Positions 9,432 through 18,646 of a stretch of DNA of 64,000 nt are shown piece after piece (positions within the stretch are counted from its first letter, which is position 1; each line of letters starts with the position of its first letter). The notes under the pieces were generated by a model. That model saw nothing but the letters and a program-made list of their open reading frames with translations, was not told the DNA's origin and made no database searches. The position numbers were made by a program, and so were the translations under genes. Source of the DNA: an uncultured Clostridia bacterium (GTDB lineage: Bacteria > Acidobacteriota > Aminicenantia > JBFLYD01 > JBBIMS01); contig CAZYPR010000003.1 in the NCBI GenBank assembly GCA_964649495.1, positions 17,879-81,878 on the forward strand, given 5' to 3'.

Positions 9432-10290
9432 ATTCTTAGGAGTAAGGGGAAGTTATCCCGTTTCTTCCAATGGATTTTTAAAGTTTGGGGGAAACACAGC
9501 ATCAGTTCTTGTTGAGACCCCTCATGTATTTGTTATTTTCGATGCTGGGACTGGAATTGTTAATGTTCCTTCCATAATTAAAAATAGTCCTCTTCCTATA
9601 ATCCTTCTCTTTTCCCATCTCCATCTCGACCATATAATCGGATACCCATTTTTCACAAGTCAGATAAACCCATCAATAGATCTTTATGTCGCTGGTCCAA
9701 ATTTTCCTTCCGATTTCTTTAAATTCATGGTTGACACTTTTAAATCTCCCATCTATCCTGTTTCATGGGGGCAGATCAAATCTCCCAAAATGATTTTCGC
9801 CCTTGATGGAGGTGAATCCCTTATAATTTATAAGGGAAGAGTCAGTCTTGCAGAAAAAGGAGATTTTGAGCATTCTGATAGAAAAGTAATAATTTCATCA
9901 TTAAAATCTAATGCTCATCCAGAGGACGGGGTTCTCATCTATTCCCTTCGATTCAATGGAAAGAAAATTGTTTATGCCACTGATGTGGAATGGAAAGGAA
10001 AACTGGACAGGAAAACAAAGATTTTTATGAAGGATTGTGATGTATTAATTCACGATGCTCAGTATACTCCTGAGGAATACAATTCAAAAAGTAATTCTAC
10101 TAAAGGTTTCGGGCATAGCACCTATATAATGTCCTGTGAAGCAGCAAAGGAGGTTTCAGCAAAAAACTTAATCCTGTTTCATCATGACCCTGGACATAAT
10201 GATTCTATGATAGAGGAAATTGAGAAAAGAGCAAGGAGTATTTATGTTAATACAAGATCCGCTTATGAGGGAATGGAAATAAGGGTTTGA
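9409..10290 (+). CDS. MBL-fold metallo-hydrolase
   Basis: The HLHLDHIIG motif (HxHxDH) is followed by downstream D/H ligands. The internal ATG at 9409 is the likely start, since the ORF track start at 9358 would lie deep inside the previous gene. Confidence 0.65.
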   Translation: MARELKVKFLGVRGSYPVSSNGFLKFGGNTASVLVETPHVFVIFDAGTGIVNVPSIIKNSPLPIILLFSHLHLDHIIGYPFFTSQINPSIDLYVAGPNFPSDFFKFMVDTFKSPIYPVSWGQIKSPKMIFALDGGESLIIYKGRVSLAEKGDFEHSDRKVIISSLKSNAHPEDGVLIYSLRFNGKKIVYATDVEWKGKLDRKTKIFMKDCDVLIHDAQYTPEEYNSKSNSTKGFGHSTYIMSCEAAKEVSAKNLILFHHDPGHNDSMIEEIEKRARSIYVNTRSAYEGMEIRV

Positions 10291-11711
10291 AGATGGAATT
10301 CCCTTTTATAATTGGTGGTAAAAAGAGGAAATCTGAAGCATTTAAAGATATAAAGAGCCCATGGAATGGAGAAGTTTGCTCAAGAGTATATCTCTCCGAA
10401 AAGGAGGACATAGAGGAGGGGGTAAAACTTGCAGATAGATCATTTGAGGGAACGAGGAAACTTCCTTCCCATGAGAGAGCTTTGATACTTGAGAAAATAT
10501 CTTCCCAGCTCGAGAAAAGAAAGGAGGAGATTGCCAGATGGATAGTTCTTCAGGCTGGGAAACCAATAAGAGACTCAAGAGCAGAGGTTGATAGGGCAAT
10601 ATTTACATTTAAGATTGCGAGTGAGGAAGCAAAAAGAATTGGTGGAGAGATAATAGACCTTGATTGGAGAAAAGGACTTGATAAAAGGGTTGGTTTGATC
10701 AGAAGATTTCCAGTAGGAACTATTCTTGCAATTACACCCTTCAATTTCCCTTTGAATCTTGTAGCCCATAAGGTTGCTCCCGCTATAGCTTCTGGGAATC
10801 CAATAATTTTGAGACCAGCAACCCAAACCCCTTCACCTTCATTAATTCTTGGAGAAATTGTTGTAGAATCAGGTTATCCTGAGAATGCAATATCTGTTGT
10901 TCCCAGCTCTCACGAATCTATAGAGTATCTTTTCACTGATGATAGAATAAAAAAAGTTACCTTTACAGGAAGTGCAGAGGTAGGATGGGAGATAAAGAAG
11001 AAGGCTTGGAAGAAAAAGGTGACATTGGAGCTTGGCGGGAATGCGGGTGTGATTGTTGATAGAGATGCAGATTTAGATTGGGCAGTTGAAAGGATTACAT
11101 TTGGTTCCTTTTCATATGCAGGGCAGATATGCATATCTGTTCAGAGAGTATGGATACATGAGGAAATATGGGATAATTTTATAAACAAATTCTTAGAAAG
11201 AACAAGAAAACTGAAAGTTGGAGACCCGAGGGATGAAGGTACTGATATTGGTCCCTTGATTGATGATGAATCAGCAAAGAGAGTAAGAGATTGGCTTGAT
11301 GAAGCAAAGGAAGGAGGTGCTATATTTTTAGAAGGAGGGAGAATAGAAGGAAGATTAATGGAGCCAACTATAATAACCAACACAAAACCAGAAATGAAAA
11401 TTTTCTGTGCAGAAGCTTTTGCTCCCCTTGTAATTGTTGAGAAATTCAGGGATTTTGAATCTGCAGTAGAAGGGGTGAATAATTCAGTTTACGGGCTTCA
11501 GGCTGGAGTGTTTACAAAGGATATAAAGAAAATATTCAGTGCTTTTGATAATCTTAATGTTGGAGGAGTTGTGGTTAATGATGTTCCCACTTTCCGTGTC
11601 GATCATATGCCTTACGGAGGAGTTAAAGAATCAGGTTTTGGAAGAGAGGGAATAAGATGGGCTATGGAGGAAATGACAGAGGTAAAACTCCTCGTCCTTA
11701 ATTTAGCGTAA
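10287..11711 (+). CDS. NAD(P)+-dependent aldehyde dehydrogenase (non-phosphorylating GAPDH, GapN-like, or lactaldehyde dehydrogenase family)
   Basis: It has the ALDH catalytic region ELGGNAGVIVDRDADLDWAVE...FGSFSYAGQICISVQRVWIHEEI with the Cys nucleophile context. It is 474 aa. Confidence 0.8.
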   Translation: MKMEFPFIIGGKKRKSEAFKDIKSPWNGEVCSRVYLSEKEDIEEGVKLADRSFEGTRKLPSHERALILEKISSQLEKRKEEIARWIVLQAGKPIRDSRAEVDRAIFTFKIASEEAKRIGGEIIDLDWRKGLDKRVGLIRRFPVGTILAITPFNFPLNLVAHKVAPAIASGNPIILRPATQTPSPSLILGEIVVESGYPENAISVVPSSHESIEYLFTDDRIKKVTFTGSAEVGWEIKKKAWKKKVTLELGGNAGVIVDRDADLDWAVERITFGSFSYAGQICISVQRVWIHEEIWDNFINKFLERTRKLKVGDPRDEGTDIGPLIDDESAKRVRDWLDEAKEGGAIFLEGGRIEGRLMEPTIITNTKPEMKIFCAEAFAPLVIVEKFRDFESAVEGVNNSVYGLQAGVFTKDIKKIFSAFDNLNVGGVVVNDVPTFRVDHMPYGGVKESGFGREGIRWAMEEMTEVKLLVLNLA

Positions 11712-11774
11712 AAGAATATGAAAACAATTAAGCTACGAGCTTTTTATTTTAACTTTTCAAAGGAGGATTTATAA

Positions 11775-12629
11775 ATGAGAGAGATTAGTTTGAAGTATGT
11801 AAAGGAAGAGATCAAAAGGAGCGTCCAGGAAGCAAATTTTATTCTCAGGGAGGATGTCCTTAAAATCATTGAGGAGGCTTCAAAAAAAGAAGAGTCAGAG
11901 GTAGGAAAGGAAGTATTCGACCAGATTTTGAAAAATGCCCAGATTGCCAGAGAGGAACTTCTCGCATTATGCCAGGACACAGGAGTTGCAGTATTTTTTG
12001 TTGAACTTGGTGAAGAAGTTAGATTTAAATATGACGGATTCAAAGGTCTTAGAGACGCCATTGAACAGGGAATGATTGAGGGATACAAAGAAGGTTATCT
12101 TAGAAACTCTATTGTTGAGGATCCCCTCAGAAGGAAGAACACAGGTAACAATGCTCCTGCATTTATCCACTGGGAACTTGTTCCTGGAGATAAGCTGAAA
12201 ATTTATTTCCTTGCAAAGGGTGGAGGAGCTGAGAACATGAGTGCAATTAGAATGTTCCCTCCTGCGGCTGGTGCAGAAGGTATTGAAAATTTTGTTGTTG
12301 AAACAGTGGAGAAAGCAAGTTCAAATCCATGTCCTCCAATTATAGTTGGAGTTGGTATTGGAGGGAATTTTGAAATTGCTCCTCTACTTGCTAAAAAAGC
12401 TCTTCTTAGAAATCCTGTTGGTTCCCATCATCCTGATCCATTTTATGCTGATATGGAAGAAAGACTCTTGAAAAGAATTAATAATCTCGGGATAGGTCCT
12501 CAGGGGCTCGGGGGTAGAATAACTGCTCTTGCTGTTCATATTGAGGTTCATCCATGCCATATTGCTTCAATGCCTACTGCTGTAAATATTGAATGCCACT
12601 CCCACAGAATAAGAGAAATGGAGTTTTAG
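11775..12629 (+). CDS. Fe-S hydro-lyase alpha subunit of the tartrate/fumarate subfamily (class I fumarate hydratase alpha)
   Basis: It contains the [18 protein letters not shown] signature (CQDTG), is 284 aa, and has a strong aggagga RBS. Confidence 0.7.
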   Translation: MREISLKYVKEEIKRSVQEANFILREDVLKIIEEASKKEESEVGKEVFDQILKNAQIAREELLALCQDTGVAVFFVELGEEVRFKYDGFKGLRDAIEQGMIEGYKEGYLRNSIVEDPLRRKNTGNNAPAFIHWELVPGDKLKIYFLAKGGGAENMSAIRMFPPAAGAEGIENFVVETVEKASSNPCPPIIVGVGIGGNFEIAPLLAKKALLRNPVGSHHPDPFYADMEERLLKRINNLGIGPQGLGGRITALAVHIEVHPCHIASMPTAVNIECHSHRIREMEF

Positions 12630-12638
12630 GAGGTAAAA

Positions 12639-13190
12639 TTGATAGAGATAAGGTTTCACGGAAGAGGAGGTCAAGGAGCAGTAATAGCCTCTGAGATTCT
12701 TGCTTCAGCACTTTTTTCTGAAGGAAAATATGTTCAGACATTCCCCCAGTTTGGAGTTGAAAGGAGGGGTGCTCCTGTTTCCGCTTTTTTGAGAATAGAT
12801 GATAAACCGATAAATCTAAGATGCAGAGTTTACACTCCTGACCATATAATTGTTCTTGATCCAATTCTTATAGAATCAGTTAATGTTACAGATGGTTTAA
12901 AGAAAGGAGGTTGGATTGTTCTGAACACATCAAAAAGTCCGAAGGATTTCCCTAATTTTTCCGATTTTAAAGTTGCAGTAGTGGATGCCTCAGGCATTGC
13001 AATTAAATACAGACTTGGTCCAAAAACTGCCCCAATAGTTAACACTGCTATACTTGGTGCTTTTGTGAGAGCAACAGGTATTGTTAGTCTTGAATCTATT
13101 TTAAAAGCTATGGAAGAATATGTTCCTATTAAACTTGAGGAAAATAAAAAAGCTGCTAAGGATGCTTATGAGGAGGTAAAATGGGAATAA
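12639..13190 (+). CDS. porG: 2-oxoacid (pyruvate/ketoisovalerate):ferredoxin oxidoreductase gamma subunit
   Basis: It starts [50 protein letters not shown], the canonical PorG N-terminus. It has a TTG start with an aggagg RBS. Confidence 0.8.
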
Positions 13191-14830
13191 TTAAATTTGA
13201 AAAGCTATCCGATTTCCCTTATATGCCTGCTTCCCTCTCAGACACCCTTTATAACAGGACAGGTTCATGGAGAACTTTCAGACCCATTCACAGGAATAAA
13301 ATCCCTCCCTGCAACCACGCATGCCCAACCAATGAGAATATTCAGAAATATATTTATTTAATTCTTAAAGGAAATTATGATGAGGCATACAGAGTTATAA
13401 AAGAGGACAATCCAATCCCTTCCATAACAGGGAGGGTCTGCTACCATCCTTGCGAGACAGCTTGCAATAGAGATAAATTTGACAGAGCTATTTCAATTCA
13501 TCACATCGAAAGATTTCTTGGAGATTACGGACTCAATATAAAGGATAGATGGAATATTGTTGATAGAAAAGAAAAAATAGGGATAATTGGTTCAGGACCA
13601 GCAGGGCTTGCCTGTGCATATCATCTAAGAAGAAAAGGTTATAAAGTAAAAATATTTGAAGCAGAACCCCAGTTCGGAGGACTTCTAAGATATGGTATTC
13701 CTTCATATAGATTGCCAAAGGATATACTTGATGCAGAGATAAGAAAACTTGAGGAAATGGGGATTGAATTTGTTGCTAATCATAAAGTAAAAAGTCCCTA
13801 TGACCTTCTTGGAGAATTTGATGCTGTATTTGTAGGTATTGGTGCAACCCTTTCCACAAGTTTGGGAGTAGAGGGAGAAGATATAGAAGGAGTTATAAAA
13901 GGTATTGAATTTTTGAAAAGAGTGAATAAAGGAGAAAGGGTTGAGTTGGGTAAGAGAGTGGCAGTTATTGGAGGCGGTAACACAGCAATTGACTCCGCTC
14001 GAACTGCATTAAGGTTAGGAGCAGAAGTGAAGATTTTGTATAGGAGATCAAGGGCTGAGATGCCCGCTATACCATCTGAAGTTGAAGATGCAGAAGCAGA
14101 GGGTATTGAAATTGAATTCCTTGTAGCTCCTTCAAAAATTATCAGTGATAATGGAAGGTTATCTGGAATTGAATGCATAAGAATGGAGTTGGGAGAGCCT
14201 GATGAATCAGGAAGGCGAAAACCTGTTCCAGTTAAAGGCTCAGAATTTTTAATCCCATTGGACAATGTAATTTCAGCTATTGGAGAAAAGGTTGATCTTG
14301 GATTTTTTAATGGGCTTGAAACCACAAAATGGGGAGTTAAGGGAGATTATTTCGGAAGAACATCCTCAGAAAGAATATTTGTTGGTGGAGACTGTCTGAC
14401 AGGACCGGCAACAGTTGTAGAAGCTCTCGGTGCTGGGAAAAAATCTGCTATGGCAATAGACCATTTCTTAAGAAGTGAATCTTTTCCTGCAGTTGAAGAG
14501 GTAAAGCCTTTAGAGTTTGAGAAAATTAATCTTAATTATTTTAAGAAAAAGGAAAGAATTGAGCCTAAAAGACTTGAGCCATACGAGAGAATAAGCAACT
14601 TCAAAGAGGTATGGAAAAGATTTGAAGAACCTGCTTTAATTTCAGAATGCGAGAGATGCTTCTCCTGCGGGGTATGCAATGGATGCGATAATTGCTGGGT
14701 ATTCTGCCCCGATGTTTCGATAATCAGAAAGGGGGAAGATTATTCAGTGAATTATGATTATTGTAAAGGATGCGGAGTATGTGCAAAGGAGTGTCCGAGA
14801 AGTGTAATTGATATGGAGGAAGAAAGATGA
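13181..14830 (+). CDS. Fusion of a GltD-like FAD/NAD(P)H-binding oxidoreductase with a C-terminal PorD-type 2x[4Fe-4S] ferredoxin (delta subunit)
   Basis: It has an N-terminal Cys cluster (CNHACP...CYHPCETAC) and the dinucleotide fold IGIIGSGPAGLACAYHLRRKGYKV plus VAVIGGGNTAIDSA, as in the glutamate synthase small subunit/NfnB/SudA. The C-terminus CERCFSCGVCNGCDNCWVFCPD...CKGCGVCAKECP is the PorD delta signature. It sits between porG and porA. Confidence 0.7.
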   Translation: MGIIKFEKLSDFPYMPASLSDTLYNRTGSWRTFRPIHRNKIPPCNHACPTNENIQKYIYLILKGNYDEAYRVIKEDNPIPSITGRVCYHPCETACNRDKFDRAISIHHIERFLGDYGLNIKDRWNIVDRKEKIGIIGSGPAGLACAYHLRRKGYKVKIFEAEPQFGGLLRYGIPSYRLPKDILDAEIRKLEEMGIEFVANHKVKSPYDLLGEFDAVFVGIGATLSTSLGVEGEDIEGVIKGIEFLKRVNKGERVELGKRVAVIGGGNTAIDSARTALRLGAEVKILYRRSRAEMPAIPSEVEDAEAEGIEIEFLVAPSKIISDNGRLSGIECIRMELGEPDESGRRKPVPVKGSEFLIPLDNVISAIGEKVDLGFFNGLETTKWGVKGDYFGRTSSERIFVGGDCLTGPATVVEALGAGKKSAMAIDHFLRSESFPAVEEVKPLEFEKINLNYFKKKERIEPKRLEPYERISNFKEVWKRFEEPALISECERCFSCGVCNGCDNCWVFCPDVSIIRKGEDYSVNYDYCKGCGVCAKECPRSVIDMEEER

Positions 14831-15981
14831 AAAAAGTTATTACAGGAAATCATGCGGTATCATATGGTGTAAAGGTTTCGAGGGTTGAAGTAATCGCAGC
14901 ATATCCAATAACTCCCCAGACTCAAGTTGTAGAACTTCTCTCTGAGTTTTGTGCGTCTGGTGAACTGAATGCCAAATTTATAAAAGTAGAATCAGAACAT
15001 TCCGCAATGGCTGCATGTATAGGAGCATCAATTGCGGGAGCAAGAGCTTTCACTGCCACATCAGCTCAGGGGCTTGCTCTCATGCACGAACTCCTCCACT
15101 GGGCAGCGGGAGGAAGATTACCCATTGTAATGGCTGATATAAATCGTGCAATGGCGCCAGGGTGGTCTGTATGGACAGACCAGAATGATACTCTTTCCCA
15201 GAGGGATACTGGATGGATGCAGATATACTGTGAATCAAATCAGGAGGTTTTCGATTCTGTAATCCAAGGTTATAAGATTGCAGAGAAAGTTTCAATACCT
15301 TTAATGCTTGTTCTTGATGCATTTGTTCTATCCCATACCTCTGAGCCTGTTGATATCCCAGAGCAATCAAAGGTAGATGCTTATTTGCCACCCTATTCTC
15401 CAGAAATAAAGATTGATATAAATAATCCGAGGGCTTTTGGAGGTCTACTCTCTCCCGACCACTATTTTGAGTTGAGATATTTACTCCAGAAGGATATGGA
15501 AAGGGCAGTTAAGGTTGCTAAGGAAGTTGATGAGGAATTCTATGAAATTTTTGGAAGAAAATATGGTGTTGTTGAGCCTTACAAATGTGATGATGCAAAA
15601 ACAATAATTGTTGTTTCCTCAACTTTAACAGGAACTGCAAGGACTGTAATTGATGAGCTAAGGAAAAGAGGAAAGAAGGTGGGACTACTTAAAATAAGAT
15701 TCTTCAGACCTTTCCCCTTTGATGATGTAAAATCTATTCTTTTAAGCGCAAAGAAGGTTGCAGTAATTGATAGAAACATATCTTATGGAGCGGGAGGAAT
15801 ATTCTTCCAAGAAATAAAATCAGCCCTTTACAATGAAAAGAATAGACCACCTATTTTTGGATACATAACAGGGCTTGGAGGAAGGGATGTTACTCCTGAA
15901 ATTATAAGTGAAATAATAGAATACACTGAAAAAAATGAAATGCCTGAGGAGAATATCCTTTGGAGAGGAGTAATGCAATGA
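14827..15981 (+). CDS. porA: 2-oxoacid:ferredoxin oxidoreductase alpha subunit
   Basis: It starts MKKVITGNHAVSYGVKVSRVEVIAAYPITPQTQVVELLSEF, the canonical PorA N-terminus, and is translationally coupled to its neighbours. Confidence 0.85.
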   Translation: MKKVITGNHAVSYGVKVSRVEVIAAYPITPQTQVVELLSEFCASGELNAKFIKVESEHSAMAACIGASIAGARAFTATSAQGLALMHELLHWAAGGRLPIVMADINRAMAPGWSVWTDQNDTLSQRDTGWMQIYCESNQEVFDSVIQGYKIAEKVSIPLMLVLDAFVLSHTSEPVDIPEQSKVDAYLPPYSPEIKIDINNPRAFGGLLSPDHYFELRYLLQKDMERAVKVAKEVDEEFYEIFGRKYGVVEPYKCDDAKTIIVVSSTLTGTARTVIDELRKRGKKVGLLKIRFFRPFPFDDVKSILLSAKKVAVIDRNISYGAGGIFFQEIKSALYNEKNRPPIFGYITGLGGRDVTPEIISEIIEYTEKNEMPEENILWRGVMQ

Positions 15982-16856
15982 AAAACTTTGTTTTACCTGA
16001 AGAAGAGTATATGAGTTCAGGGCATCTTGCATGCCCAGGTTGCGGTGGAGCTCTTGCCATGAGATTTGCTCTTAAAGTTCTTGGAAGGAAGACAGTAATT
16101 TCTCTTCCCGCATGCTGCTGGTCTGTTATAGATGGTCCTTTTCCCTATTCCTCTTTAAGAATTCCTCTCTTCCACTGTGCCTTTGAAACCGCCGCATCCA
16201 CTGCTTCTGGAATAAGAGCTGCTCTTGATATTAAAGGGGTGGAAGATGTAAATGTTGTTGCATGGGCTGGAGATGGAGGAACTTTTGACATAGGGCTTCA
16301 GGCTCTTTCGGGAGCTGCTGAAAGGAATGAGAATATAATTTACATTTGTTATGACAATGAAGCTTATATGAATACTGGAATTCAGAGATCATCAGCAACT
16401 CCAAAGGGTGCATGGACAACAACAACTCCTGTTGAACATCCCAAGAGTGAGCCAAAAAAGAATATGGTTGAGATAATGGCAGCTCACAGAATCCCTTACA
16501 CAGCAACCCTTTCTATAGCATATCCTGATGATTTTGTTAGAAAGCTTGAAAAGGCAAAGAATATAAAAGGGACAAGATTCCTCCACATATTCTCTCCATG
16601 CCCTCCGGGATGGAAAATGGCACCAGAGCTGACAATTGAAATTGCAAGAATTGCGGTAAGGACAGGACTTTTCCCTCTTTATGAAGTTGAAGGTGGAATC
16701 AAATACACAATAAATGTTGAACCTGACTGGATTCCAATAATTGAATATTTTAGACTCCAGGGAAGATTTTCCCATTTAACAGAAGATGACCTGAAGGAAA
16801 TTGAAAATAATGTTAAAAGGGAATGGGAAATACTGAAAGGGAAATTAAGAAGTTAA
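15978..16856 (+). CDS. porB: 2-oxoacid:ferredoxin oxidoreductase beta subunit (TPP-binding)
   Basis: It contains GHLACPGCGGALAMRFALKVLG and the TPP motif GDGGTFDIGLQALSGAAERNENIIYICYDNEAYMNTG. The likely start is the ATG at 15978, overlapping the porA stop as ATGA. The ORF track begins at 15960. Confidence 0.85.
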   Translation: MKNFVLPEEEYMSSGHLACPGCGGALAMRFALKVLGRKTVISLPACCWSVIDGPFPYSSLRIPLFHCAFETAASTASGIRAALDIKGVEDVNVVAWAGDGGTFDIGLQALSGAAERNENIIYICYDNEAYMNTGIQRSSATPKGAWTTTTPVEHPKSEPKKNMVEIMAAHRIPYTATLSIAYPDDFVRKLEKAKNIKGTRFLHIFSPCPPGWKMAPELTIEIARIAVRTGLFPLYEVEGGIKYTINVEPDWIPIIEYFRLQGRFSHLTEDDLKEIENNVKREWEILKGKLRS

Positions 16857-16980
16857 AAGTAAAGGCATGGAAGAAACGAAAAATGAAAAGATAAAAAAGG
16901 AATCAAGATTAATTCCTTATTATTCAAAACTTACTTGCTCTTTTACTTTTTAATTTTAAATTTCTTCAGGAGGTTTTGAG

Positions 16981-17454
16981 ATGAAAAAAATAATTATTTC
17001 AATTCTTTTTCTACTCCTTCTATTTTCACTTGTCTCTGCACAGGAAAAAGCTTACAATTTCCTTCTTCAGGATATTTCAGGAAAAACTTACAGACTTTCA
17101 GATTATAAAGGCAAGGTTGTAATAGTAAATTTTTTCGCAACCTGGTGCAGATTCTGCAGAATGGAAATACCCCATCTTGTATCCCTTGCGGGAGAATACA
17201 AGGACAAGGTTCAGATTTTTTCAATCTCAGTGGATGAAAATCCGCATGATGTTCTTCCCAAATTTATAAGGGATTTCAATATAAATTATCCGGTTTTAAT
17301 TGCCAATGAGGATGTTATCTCCGCATACGGAGGTCTAACCGAAGGAATACCTTACACTGTTTTCATTGATAAAAACGGGATCATAAGGAATACCTATCTT
17401 GGAGCAAGGGATAAGAAAGTTTTTGAGGAAGAGATATCTAAATTGTTGAAGTAG
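16981..17454 (+). CDS. Periplasmic thiol-disulfide oxidoreductase, TlpA/ResA-like thioredoxin
   Basis: It has a signal peptide, then NFFATWCRFCRMEIPHL with the CxxC active site, in the TlpA family fold. It is 157 aa. Confidence 0.75.
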   Translation: MKKIIISILFLLLLFSLVSAQEKAYNFLLQDISGKTYRLSDYKGKVVIVNFFATWCRFCRMEIPHLVSLAGEYKDKVQIFSISVDENPHDVLPKFIRDFNINYPVLIANEDVISAYGGLTEGIPYTVFIDKNGIIRNTYLGARDKKVFEEEISKLLK

Positions 17455-17508
17455 GTCTCTCATTTTTTAGAAATTGATTGTTTTTGCTTTTGATTATATA
17501 ATTTCTTT

Positions 17509-17895
17509 GTGAAAAAAAGCATAAAAAACAAATTTAAAAAAATAAGTATATCAGTTGTTTATCTATTTGGTTCTCACGCAACCGGGTTGGAACATGGCAA
17601 AAGTGACATTGACATAGGAGTTGTTTTTGAAAAGGACCATAGTAGAGATCATCTCAAAATATACACTCAACTCTATGAGCTATTCTCAGAAATTTTTCCT
17701 GATAAGGAAATAGACATAGTTTTTCTCGAGGAAGCACCTCTTTCACTTCAGTTTGAAGCTATAAAATATGGGAAAGTTTTATATGAAAAAAATGTCAAAA
17801 TAAGACTTGATTATGAAGAGAAAACAATGCTGAAATATGCTGATTTTTTGCCCTTAGAAGAGGAAATGAACAGGGTAATTATCGAAAGAATATGA
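17509..17895 (+). CDS. Minimal nucleotidyltransferase (MNT/MntA-like antitoxin of a type VII HepT-MNT toxin-antitoxin system)
   Basis: It contains LFGSHATGLEHGKSDIDIGVVF, the GSx9-13DxD nucleotidyltransferase motif. It has a GTG start and is translationally coupled to the downstream HepT (4-nt ATGA overlap). Confidence 0.7.
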   Translation: MKKSIKNKFKKISISVVYLFGSHATGLEHGKSDIDIGVVFEKDHSRDHLKIYTQLYELFSEIFPDKEIDIVFLEEAPLSLQFEAIKYGKVLYEKNVKIRLDYEEKTMLKYADFLPLEEEMNRVIIERI

Positions 17896-18350
17896 AAAGT
17901 TTGCCAGTAAATAAAAATACTATAATTAAGAGACTTGATGAGATCCAGCGTTGTGTGGAAAAGCTGAAAAAATTTGAAAAGATGTCCTTTGATGAGTTTA
18001 ATAGTGGAGAAAATTTTGCGGTATCTGAACATTATCTGAGAAGAGCCCTCGAAGCAGTCTTCGAAATTGGTGCTCATATTTTAGCAAGACTTCCTGGAGG
18101 GATAACATCCAGCTATAAAGAAATCGCAAAAAAACTGGGCGAATATAAAATTATTCCATCTCAATTTGCAAGGGATAGCCTTATTAAAATGGCTGGTTAT
18201 AGGAATAGGCTTGTTCATTTTTATTTTGAGGTATCAATAGAAGAGCTTTATGAGATAATAAGAAAAGATCTTAAAGATTTCGATGTATTTACTGAATTAA
18301 TAAAAAAATTTTTGCTTGAACCCGAGAAGTTTGGATTAAAAGTAGAGTAG
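17892..18350 (+). CDS. HepT-like toxin (DUF86, HEPN domain) of a type VII toxin-antitoxin pair
   Basis: It has the HEPN Rx4HxY motif RNRLVHFY near the C-terminus, is 152 aa, and follows MNT directly. Confidence 0.7.
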   Translation: MKSLPVNKNTIIKRLDEIQRCVEKLKKFEKMSFDEFNSGENFAVSEHYLRRALEAVFEIGAHILARLPGGITSSYKEIAKKLGEYKIIPSQFARDSLIKMAGYRNRLVHFYFEVSIEELYEIIRKDLKDFDVFTELIKKFLLEPEKFGLKVE

Positions 18351-18389
18351 TAAATTCTCATTTAATCAGGGCTATTTAAACTTAAGTTT

Positions 18390-18646
18390 GAGGAAGCGGA
18401 AGAAGTGCCAGAGTCTGTAAGGGTGGATGACAGTGACATTGCAAGGAAAGAGAGGAGATTAAGGTGGTAATCATGGAAAGGAGCTCCATGGATGGATTAG
18501 AGGGTGTCTCTCTCCCTCTCAACCTCCTGGTTAAGGTTTGCCCTGAAGGCAACTTATATGAGACCGGGAGAGAAGAGAGGATACTCCTTAGTGAGCCTAA
18601 AAGCTCAGCTCAGGTGGTGTTTCACCCTCTTCCGGTCTCTTTTTTA
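18390..18646 (+). ncRNA. Candidate structured small RNA or long structured 3' UTR of unknown family, ending in an intrinsic terminator
   Basis: A segment of about 250 nt is clearly more GC-rich than its AT-rich flanks. It contains several local hairpins (GAGGG-N9-CCCTC; TTGCC-CTGAA-GGCAA). A long-range stem pairs GAGACCGG (18560-18567) with CCGGTCTC (18632-18639), immediately followed by TTTTTTT at 18640-18646. The only ORF inside it is compositionally atypical. Confidence 0.25.

Noticed and set aside
16857-16980. Weak hairpin AAGGAAT-N8-ATTCCTT (16897-16918) after porB as a terminator
   Set aside because: The stem is AT-rich and 7 bp, with only a short interrupted T-tract. It is plausible but too weak to annotate confidently.
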